A stretch of 64,000 nt of DNA from Octopus sinensis. Lineage: Eukaryota. How positions within the stretch are numbered: the first letter of the stretch is position 1; each line of letters starts with the position of its first letter. Positions 54,644-64,000 of the stretch are shown one piece after another. The notes under the pieces are model-generated. The model searched no databases. It was not told where the DNA came from and worked only from the letters and a program-made list of their open reading frames with translations. The translations under genes were made by a program, and so were the position numbers. The stretch is from the NCBI RefSeq assembly GCF_006345805.1, contig NC_043016.1, positions 24,490,001 to 24,554,000 of the forward strand, read 5' to 3'.

Positions 54644-55023
54644 TATATATGCATGTGTGTATGCATGTATGTGTACAGTATTTTGTGGTACCTAATTTGT
54701 CAGGCCAACAATAGAAAGGAAAAGTGAAAAGAATGAAACATGGAAGGAGAAATTAAGATAAAGTAACAGAAAAAGACAGGGAGAGAGAGAGGGGGGGATG
54801 AGAGAAATAGTGTGTATGCGAAAGAGAACTATAGAGAGGGTTACAGGGGAGGAGAGAAAGAGTAAGAGAAAGACAGACAGAGACAGTGAAGGAAAGTGGA
54901 AAGTACCATAAATCTCTTTCATACATTGTGAGGAGAAAAATATTCAACTTGTCAAACATTACTCTAGATCCGCATTATATTCCTTACAGAAATTAGAATT
55001 GTTACTCTTCAAGAATTAAAACT

Positions 55024-55066
55024 ATGGAACTATGGATTGTCATTCTTCTCCTCTGTTTCAAAACAG
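55024..55066 (+). CDS. AMN: Amnionless orthologue, coding exon 1 (signal peptide MELWIVILLLCFKT + phase-1 G)
   Basis: ATG GAA CTA TGG ATT GTC ATT CTT CTC CTC TGT TTC AAA ACA G followed by donor gtgaga at 55067. Hydrophobic signal-like peptide. The 43-nt length and phase 1 join exon 2 in frame (G+AA=Glu). Pairing with exon 2 is inferred, not transcript-verified. Confidence 0.8.
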
Positions 55067-55825
55067 GTGAGAAATTTGTTTCTTTTTTTTACCTTTTTTT
55101 TTGTTTAAGCTTCATTTTATTTCTTTTTTATTTTTTGCTTTCCTTTTCCTTTTTTGATCTACCTTTTACCTCTTTTCTTTTTCCAATTTATATTCTTTTT
55201 GATTTCATTGATTTTTGACATTTTCAATGTTTTCCTTTTCCTTGTCTTCCTTTTACTTTTGCTTTCATTTATTCATTTTATTTTATTTTGTTTCGTTTTT
55301 TGGTTGATTTTTTAAGGTGGTGGAATGGTTAAGTCTAACTGTGAATTCTCCATTCTGCTAACACATTAAAGCAAACATCTCCCTCTACCATGCTCTCACT
55401 TTCTCTCTTACTCTCTCTCTCTCTCTCTCTTTCCCTTTCACTCACTCTCCTTCTTTGTACATACACAAATGCAGTTACACACAGATATACACTCACTCTC
55501 ACACATACTCACACCCACACATGTGTGCATGTGCATATTTGTATTTACGCATTAATCAGTGTGTTTATGTTTGTCCCCTTATTACTTGACAACCATTACT
55601 GTTTGCTTGCATACCCATAATTTAGTAGTTTGGCAAAAAATGGCTGATCTTATAAGTACTGCACATTAGTAGGAAAAATAAGTCAAGTGAGGCTGACTTG
55701 TTTAAGTAAAACCCTTCAAAGATGGTGTGCGAGCATGAATGTTGTCCAATGAGCAGAAAAGTAAAAGAGCAAAAATTAGAAGAGAATATATATATATATA
55801 TATATATTGATGTGTTTATATATAT

Positions 55826-56137
55826 TATTTATTTATGCGCCCTTTTCAAGCCTAGCCAGGCTCATGGGCCTGGTTTCCCAGTTTCTGTGGCATATGTATT
55901 CCCCCCAGCTGGACGGGATGCCAGTCCATCGCAGCGTTACTCAAGATACAGGAAGTATGAGTAAGAGAAAGTTGGGCGAAAGAGTACAACAGGGGTCGCC
56001 ACCACCCTCTGCCAGATACTCATGGGCTTTAGATGTTTTCGGTCAATAAACATGCACAACACCCAATCTGGAAATCGAAACCACGATCCTCCGACCGTGA
56101 GTCCACTGCCCTAACCACTGAGCCAATGCGCCTCCAC
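55826..56137 (-). mobile_element. Second tRNA-derived SINE family, in AMN intron 1
   Basis: Minus-strand head GGCGCATTGGCTCAGTGGTTAGGGCAGTGGACTCACGGTCGGAGGATCGTGGTTTCGATTTCC (A and B boxes). The body contains gcgatggactggcatcccgtccag and ends in an (aaat)n-like tail. Confidence 0.8.
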
Positions 56138-56399
56138 ATTTATATATATATGTGTGTTTATATACATACATATATATATATATATATATATCTTCTGGAA
56201 CTATTCCAAGTGACTTCATAGTAGTCCTTATGTGATCCTTAAACCTTCTTTTAGGTTTACGCTAATAGCATTTCCCCTCTGCAAGATCACCATAAAACAG
56301 CTGTTTCGGCATGCATTCATCTGCCATTCGAACAATATGGCCACACCATCTCAATTGGTTCCTCAAAATATATATATACAGGTGCAGGAGTGCATAATA

Positions 56400-57532
56400 A
56401 TAGCATAAACATAAAGCTAAATGATCAATTTAATAATTTCATCCAATAAAACCACCAGAAACATCAATAACTCTTTCTATTAAGTGGTTCTTGTTCATAT
56501 CAGACATGACTCATGCTGGGGGGTCGGCATTCATTGATATTTCTCTCAACAATGCCCCATACATGGTAGTTCAGTGGACTGGGAACTGGAGAATTAGGAG
56601 GCCAAATGTTGGGGTGATGTGATCATGCAAATTGTCAGGCATCCATCCTTGCATCATTTGAGCCTTGTGCGATGGTGCAGAATCTTGTTGAAAGACATAA
56701 AGCCTTCCATTGCTTACACTGTTGATCCAAGGCTTAACTTCATCTAGAACCTCAACATACATGGCAGCATTCACCTTAAGGCCTTGTGGAAAAAAGTGAG
56801 GAGGCGTCATTTGTCCTTCGTTGCTAACAACATCCAAAACCATGACACTTGCAGGAAATTTTGAGTACAATATTCATGGAACCTCAGAAGGGTTTCAACA
56901 TAGCCATCTGTCATTTCTTCTGTTAGTTTTCTGGTCCTGGCCAAAGATTTTCTCATCTGAGAAAAACCAAATGACACCATCCCCTGATGTATTGTTGAGT
57001 TTGTTCAAAAGTCTTTTGGATATGATTAAATGAGTTCCTGGTTTTTTTTTTTGGTTTTTTTTCCTGACATGACTTGACCTCTCCTCATCACGTAAGATTT
57101 GTAACTCATGTCTTCATGCACAACATTTCTGATTGTTTTTCTGACACACGAAATTTTTTTGCAATTGACCTCATTGATTTTCTTGAGTTGTCTTCAATGG
57201 TTTGCTTACCTTCCTGAATAAATTCAGGTGTCCTGATAGAATCAGAGCATTTGGGATGTTTTTTACATTTTGATACAGGTAATATGCTTCCATCTTCTTT
57301 ACCTAACTCACACCAAATCTTGTGGAAAAAAGATCTTGCAAATTTCAGAAAACAAGAAATTTCTAAATCACCATGCTTAGCCTTCAAAGCCACAATCACA
57401 ACATGTCTTTTCATTGCATTTGTACACATAGCACCTGCTACTGTTATTTTCTGAAATAGAAGTTCAATACAATTTAGTCAAAGAATACAATGACTAAAAA
57501 TGCATTTGTCCTCAAATACCATCCACAGCCTG
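56400..57532 (-). mobile_element. maT/DD37D mariner, near full length, one TIR retained
   Basis: TA|CAGGCTGTGGATGG terminus at 57532; MKRHVVIVALK...RKSMRSIAKKFRVS (HTH); SVMVLDVVSNEG...YVFQQDSAPSH...ITP; the third Asp reads Asn; frameshifts. Confidence 0.85.
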
Positions 57533-57679
57533 TATGTATATATAAGTATGTATGTATATGTATGTATATATACATAATATATATATACATACACACACTA
57601 AACACATATGTATATAGACATACACACACAAATACATCATATACATATATATATATATACACACACATACATGTGTATA

Positions 57680-58755
57680 TATCATCATCATTATCACTTA
57701 ACATCCGCTTTCCATGCTAGCAAGGGTTGGACGAATGACTGAGGGCTGGTGAACCAGTATACTGCACTAGGCTTCAATCTTGATCTGGCAGAGTTTCTAC
57801 ACCTGGATGCCCTTCCTAACATCAACCACTCTGAGAGTGTAGTGGGTGCTTTTACGTGCCACCGGCACGGGGCCAGTCAGGAGGTACTGGCAACAACCTC
57901 GCTCGAATCTTTTACACATGCCACAGGCACAGGTGCTAGTAAGGCGATGCTGGTAATGATCCCGCTCAAATGGTTCCCTTAATATCCTACTAGCACAGGG
58001 CTCGAGTGCCAGTAAGGCGATGTTGGTAACGATCACGCTCGAATGGTGCCTTTTAAGTGCCACTGGCATGGAAATCGGTTGGCTGCTCTGTCAATGATCA
58101 CACTCGTATGGTGCTCTTTGCACCCTGCTAGCACGGATGCCAGTCATCGAATTTCATTTTGATTTTGATTTTGATTTTGATTTTTGATTTCACTTGCCTC
58201 AACAGGTCTTCACAAGCAGAGTTTTAGTGTCCAAAGAAGGAAAAGGTATGCATAAGTGAGCTGGTAATGCCCCTGGCATAGTCCATGAGATTATGGTCTC
58301 ATTTGGCTTGCTGAGTCTTCTCACGCACAGCATATTTCCAAAAGTCTTGGTCACAAGTCATTTCCTCGGTGAAGCCCAAAAACGTCTGCTTTTACATGTT
58401 ACCAGCTCCTGTACCGGTGATAATAGCACCTGATTGACATTTGTGCCAGTGAAACATTAAAAGCACCATCCAAGCATGATCACTGCCAGGGCCACTGACT
58501 GGCTCCTGTGCCAGTAGCACGTAAAAAGCACCATTCGAGCATGATTATTGTCAGAGTCACCATACTGGCACATGTGCTGGTGGCACGTGAAAAACAACAT
58601 TTGAGCATGGTCATTGCCAGTGCTGCAGGACAGGCTCTCGTGCAGGTGGCACATAAAAAACACCTTTTCAGCATGGCCATTGCCAGTACTGCTTCACTGG
58701 CCCTCATGCCGGTGGCATGTAAAAGTACCTGCTACACTCTTTGAGTGGCTGGCAT
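57680..58755. mobile_element. Two RTE 3'-UTR copies in head-to-head orientation
   Basis: 57680-58390 on the minus strand (catcat tail at left) and about 58430-58755 on the plus strand; the shared ttttacgtgccac/gtggcacgtaaaa subrepeats are in opposite orientation. Confidence 0.75.
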
Positions 58756-59176
58756 TATATATATATAATTAATATTATCAAAGTGTAATCGAAATATTAG
58801 AGATTTCCAGCGTGTAAAAGTTCAGTCAATAGACTATATATTATTCATATAAATACAGTGTACATCTAAACACATAAGAGGTAGCCATCATAAGACTACC
58901 TACATGCTTTGATTTTTATCTCTAGTAGTGGTTCAGAATTTAACTGTCCTCTCTAACATGTAGGTAGTCCTATGATGGCTCGCGTGTGTACTATTGGCGA
59001 TTTTTTTCCTCCATCTTCCCTTCTTAGGATCTTTACTTTTCCTATGTTTCTGCCAAACAGCACCGCTCAAAAAGTTAAACCCTCCTTCTTTTCTTTTTCC
59101 TGAGCGTCCAATAATACTATATTTGTTCCACGTCCCCACGTTGTTGTGTTTTCTCTTTGTGTTTTCATGTTTGGAT

Positions 59177-59266
<90 letters not shown>

Positions 59267-59337
59267 TAAATACATATACATACACACACACACACACACA
59301 TATAAATATATATGTGTGTGTATATATATATATACAT

Positions 59338-59882
59338 ATGAGGATTTGCTCCATGACTTTACTGATATGCGAAGTCAGAGAGATTGGCCTGTAGTTTGGG
59401 GCTTCTGCTCTGCTTCCACCTTTGTGGATAGGGCATATAATACCTTCTTTCAGCTTTTTAGGAAGTATACCACATGCAAGGAAACTTTGGAAAAGTATCT
59501 GAAGTGGTTTCGCTAAAGCCAGCTTATGTGACTTTAGGAGAATAGCTGGGAAGCCTTCAGGATCAGTGACAGAGCATGAACTCATTTCATCAATGGCTGC
59601 TGTTACATCTGTTTCCTCAATGTTGATGTAATCAATGGCTGGCACCTCCTTTTTCAGAGCTGCAATATCAAAAATTCAGCTGGATTTTTTTATCTGCATG
59701 TGTCCAAGGGGGGAAATGAAGACACTTTTAAATTATTCACTGAGTATCTCACTTATTTTTACTGAGTCTGCTGTCAATGAGTCATTCACTTGGAACAATG
59801 GTCCTATTTTATATTGTATTGTAGCTGTTTCCTTTGCGAATCTATACAAAGCTTTGGGATTTATTTTTATACTTTCCACAGC

Positions 59883-59919
<37 letters not shown>

Positions 59920-60290
59920 CTTTCCCTTTAACGAGAAAGTTTGATCTTGCTTTCAATTTCTAGGAGTGTCTGTCTTAAGACGGACTTCTCTCTATCTGTC
60001 GGTTGTCTATTCAGCTGCTTTGAGATCTTCGACCTACATCTCATGAGGATTTTTCTGTCCCTGAGAATCTTCTTTCACAGTGTGGTGGCCTTTCTTTCTG
60101 GGACATATCTAGTGCATATAGCTTGCACTGTTGACATAAACTGGCTCAGTTTCAGATCAATGTCTTGCATACACAGAATGTTGGACTAGTTTCATTTGTG
60201 GATTTCTTTGCGGATCAATTCACATTTTGCCTTATGGAAATTCAGGTTCGATAAGGCTCGAGTACACTTGATAGGGTAGATACCAACAGT
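59338..60290 (-). mobile_element. CR1-like LINE ORF2 fragment, about 95% identical to 49980-50710
   Basis: MPAIDYINIEETDVTAAIDEM...[18 protein letters not shown], truncated at a (TA)n tract. Confidence 0.9.
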
Positions 60291-60320
60291 TATATCTATG
60301 CATGTATATATATATATGTG

Positions 60321-60866
60321 TGTAGCATATCTGATATCCTCACTGCTTGAGAAACACAACAAGAATGATCTCGTTTGAGATTACAGCCATCTTTGGCTGG
60401 TTCAACCCTGTTGTGTACTGGTCTGATTGGTTGGCATGTGGCGCAGTTTGTCTCTCTACTTATTTTGCGCCACTGTGTTAAGCTAGCCAATCACGGCCTT
60501 TGGATAAGGCCTGCTTCTTTGAGCCATTTTAACTCCATAAAAAGGCCAATTTTCACTATTCTTCATCTTTCAACTCCAGACCTTTTAAGGTCTAGTCACT
60601 GACCACAGAGCTACTCAGCCATGTTCCAGTTCCAGCGACAGATGACAGCCAGCCACTACAACGCTATTATATACCAGCGACAGATGGAACGTTTTCTATC
60701 TCTGCTGCCGTCATCACCATTGTCACCATTCCACCGTCAACAGCATGTACACATCAACAATACAACCAAGTGGACACAACAGGGTCGAACCAGCCAAAAA
60801 TGACTGTAATCTCAAACGAGATCATTCTTGTGTTTCTCAAACAGTGAGGATATCAGATATGCTACA
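60321..60866 (+). mobile_element. Non-autonomous fold-back element, TGT...ACA ends, 93-96-bp TIRs
   Basis: 60321-60416 versus 60774-60866 are reverse complements with 4 substitutions and one 3-nt indel; inserted in (TA)n. Confidence 0.85.
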
Positions 60867-60874
60867 TATATATA

Positions 60875-60934
<60 letters not shown>

Positions 60935-61254
60935 TACATATAAAAATGTTTACCATCTATTTCCTGGTCCAGGAAATAGATGGTAAAGGTTTTTAATTTT
61001 AATTCTCTTCGAAATTTTATCCTTGATTAGTGGTTTGAACTTTAGCTGTTCCTTTTAGCGTAAGGGAGTCCTATGATGGACATCTCTTAATGTGTTTAAA
61101 TGTACACTGTATTTTATATATATATATATACATATGCACACACATCCCACCCACACACACGCACACACATACATATATGTATGTATATATATATATAAAT
61201 TTTTTTTTTTTCAAAAAGTATGAAATGAATGATAAATATAATATTATAACTAAA

Positions 61255-61360
61255 AACACTACGTACGTTTCATGACTATAATTAAATTCGAATTACAATT
61301 AAGTTTAAATTCAATTGAAATAAATTCGAACTAAAATTATAGTCAATCTTCAGGTTAATG
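61255..61360 (-). ncRNA. Hammerhead-like motif, long stem II
   Basis: Minus strand: aacCTGAAGAt-tgactataatt...aattatagtca-tGAAACgtacGTAgtg; palindromic ACGTACGT in stem III. Confidence 0.42.
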
Positions 61361-61636
61361 ATAATGGTTAAATAAATAAGCAAATAGAGTTAAACAATAT
61401 TTATTTAAGAAATAAATAAAATAATAATTTTTCTTATAGAAAACCTCCATTATCTAAATTAGAAACTTAAAACATTAGAATTATTTCCTACAACCCATTT
61501 ATTATGTTAAATATTTATTTTTAAAGTAAAAAAAGTAGATAGAAATATGTATTTATCTATGAAGATATAATATGGCTTTAAAAAACATAATAAACTCTCG
61601 AATATCCTTAACTCAGTTATAGTCTAATCTGGCAAT

Positions 61637-62613
61637 AGTCTGATCTGGCAATGTTTCTACGACTGGATGCCCTTCATAGTCCAATATTTAATTACCAAAT
61701 TATTTAACAAAATAATCACTATTCATATTTTTAGATTTAAGTTCACATCTAATAATTATAAAATATTTTAAAATAAGTATCTAAATTATAATCAACAAAT
61801 ATAGTAATTAAAATCTAAAATTTACTCAATCAATAAATATATAGACATATAATGAAAAATAAATTAATTAATTAGTCCATTATTACTTACATAAATATAA
61901 TAAATATCAATATAATATATTTATGAAGTACATTTAAAAATTAAAGATTAAAAATCAAATTAAAAGCGTATAACCTATCTTAAAGAGAACCGTATAACTA
62001 TTTACGATCTATATACTTCAGTGACTAAGTAATATTTTACAAATTACATACAGTTATAATCTAATAATTAAATACATATCATCAACAACTAAATAATTAT
62101 AGAATCAAATTAACAATCAGTAGTTATATAGTATACAATACACTACAATTAAACTTCTTAAAATATCTTAAAATATCTTAAATAGAAAAGGTTTACTTAG
62201 CTTTCAAAAACCGTGTCATTACTTAATCACTAAGGTATATAGATTGTAAATAGTTATACAATTCTTTTAAGATAGGTTATACGTTTTTAATTTGATTTTT
62301 AATCTTTAATTTTTAAATGTATTTCTTAAATATATTATATTGATATTTATTATATTTATGTAAGTAATAATGGACTAATTAATTTATTTATTTTTCATTA
62401 TATGTCTATACATTTATTGATAGAGTAAATTTTAGATTTTAATTACTATATTTGTTGATTATAATTTAGATACTTATTTTTAAATATTCTATAATTATTA
62501 GATGTGAACTTAAATCTAAAAATATGAATAGTGATTATTTTGTTAAATAATTTGGTAATTAAATATTGGACTATGAAGGGCATCCAGCCGTAGAAACATT
62601 GCCAGATCAGACT
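61637..62613. repeat. Inverted duplication, arms about 397 bp (61637-62033 / 62218-62613), 184-nt spacer
   Basis: The arms are reverse complements with about 15 differences by eye and include an RTE-tail/AT-rich junction. Confidence 0.92.
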
Positions 62614-62737
62614 GGGCCTGGTGCAGCCTTCTGGCTTCCCAGACCCCAGTTGAACCGTCCAACCCATGCCAGCATGGAAAGCAGATGCTAAACAATGATG
62701 ATGATGATGATATGATTACAATGTTTTTGTGTTTCAG

Positions 62738-62898
62738 AATTTGTTGATGGTCACTATAAGAGATGGATTCGGAATACAAACTTTGGCAACAACTTAAATT
62801 GGAATACTGGAAGATCCCCATGTGGGGATGATAGTGTAGTGATCCCAACTGAATCTCCACCAGTTTTCATCAATATCAATACAACTATGAAAGAAATT
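62738..62898 (+). CDS. AMN: Amnionless orthologue, coding exon 2 ((E)FVDGHYKRWIRNTNFGNNLNWNTGRSPCGDDSVVIPTESPPVFININTTMKEI)
   Basis: Acceptor tttttgtgtttcag (AG 62736-37), donor gtatgt at 62899, 161 nt open. KRWIRNTNF-x4-NW-x3-RSPC-x4-V-x-IP aligns with the human AMN N-terminus [30 protein letters not shown], as recalled from memory. Confidence 0.88.
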
Positions 62899-63006
62899 GT
62901 ATGTATCTGTTGAATTTATAATATGAGTGTTTTGAATATTTATAAATTTTTTGAAGAAACTGTTACATGCAATATTGATAACACAAATCCATATAGCAGC
63001 TGGTAT

Positions 63007-63435
63007 GGCTGTGTGGTAAGTAGGAGTGGCTGTGTGGTAAGTAGCTTGCTAACCAACCACAAGGTTCTGGATTCAGTCCCACTGCGTGGCATCTTGGGCA
63101 AGTGTCTTGTCTTCTGCTATAGCCCCGGGCCGACCAATGCCTTGTGAGTGGATTTGGTAGACGGAAACTGAAAGAAGCCTGTCATATATATGTATATATA
63201 TATATATAAGTGTGTGTGTATATGTTTGTGTGTCTGTGTTTGTCCCCCTAGCATTGTTTGATAACCGATGCTGGTGTGTTTACATCCCCGTCACTTAGCG
63301 GTTCAGCAAAAGAGACCGATAGAATAAGTACTGGGCTTACAAAGAATAAGTCCCGGGGTCGATTTGCTCGATTAAAAGCGGTGCTCCAGCATGGCCGCAG
63401 TCAAATGACTGAAACAAGTAAAAGAGAGTAAAGAG
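63007..63435 (+). mobile_element. Young tRNA-derived SINE with perfect 15-bp TSD, in AMN intron 2
   Basis: TATAGCAGCTGGTAT at 62992-63006 and 63436-63450; complete head and tail; extra 5' ggctgtgtggtaagt duplication. Confidence 0.93.
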
Positions 63436-63459
63436 TATAGCAGCTGGTATATAAATATC

Positions 63460-64000
63460 ATCATCATTATTTCATCACCACCGTCATCATCATCGTCATC
63501 ATCACCGTCATCGTCATCATCATCATCATCATCATAATCATCGTCATCATCAGCATCATCACCATCATCGTCACTGTCATCATCACCGTCATCATCACCG
63601 TCATCATCATTGTCATCATTGTCATCATCATCATCGTCGTTATCATCATCGTCACTGTCATCATCACTGTCATCATCACCGTCATCATCACCATCATCAT
63701 CATCGTCATCATCATCATTGTCGTCATCGTCATCATCATTGTCATTGTTATCATCATCGTCATCATCATCACCATCATTGTCACCATCATTACTGTCATC
63801 ATCAACGTCATCATCATCGTCATCATCATCGTCGTTATCATCATTATCATTGTCGTCGTCATCATCATCGTCATCATCATTGCCATCATCATCATCATCG
63901 CCGTCATCATCACCGTCATCATCACCATCATTGTCACCATCATTACTGTCATCATCAACGTCATCATCGTCATCATCATCATCGTCATCATCATCATCAT
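63460..64000. repeat. Degenerate (CAT/CGT)n tract
   Basis: Low-complexity trinucleotide array; the source of the poly-Met ORF. Confidence 0.93.

Noticed and set aside
55826-56137. tRNA gene
   Set aside because: Only the A/B-box head is tRNA-like; it lacks a complete acceptor stem and continues into a SINE body and tail.
61230-62220. Mitochondrial insertion (NUMT), suggested by extreme AT content
   Set aside because: I found no recognisable mitochondrial rRNA, tRNA or ORF motif, and a hammerhead-like motif points to a retroelement. A BLAST against the octopus mitogenome would settle it.
62543-62860. 105-aa minus-strand ORF MEIQLGSLHYHPH...
   Set aside because: It is the antisense shadow of AMN exon 2 running into an RTE tail.

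Overview
AT-rich, microsatellite-dense eukaryotic DNA. The SINE, LINE and MITE families and the (TA)n/(CAT)n/(ATGT)n load point to an octopus genome (inference from repeat content). There is one 100-N scaffold gap (11356-11455). The only host gene I can support is the 5' end of an amnionless (AMN) orthologue on the + strand: coding exon 1 at 55024-55066 (signal peptide) and exon 2 at 62738-62898, which splice in frame to MELWIVILLLCFKTEFVDGHYKRWIRNTNFGNNLNWNTGRSPCGDDSVVIPTESPPVFININTTMKEI. The ORF track misses this. The rest is decayed mobile DNA: CR1-like and RTE LINEs, Penelope-like elements, tRNA-derived SINEs, hAT elements, DD37D/maT mariners, a Helitron-like element and piggyBac-type MITEs. 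Nearly all listed ORFs are microsatellite artefacts. The observations most worth following up are: (i) a recurring hammerhead-ribozyme-like motif with an unusually long stem II in short AT-rich elements, one copy with an intact catalytic core; (ii) a 546-bp TG...CA fold-back element whose CCAAT/TATA-bearing interior has hairpins conserved in a diverged second copy; (iii) a 2.7-kb transposon with about 290-bp TIRs, TTA flanks and a hAT-like transposase; (iv) several young inverted duplications, one with templated junctions and one about 125 nt upstream of the AMN exon 2 acceptor. No prokaryotic features, CRISPR arrays, rRNA or true tRNA genes were seen.
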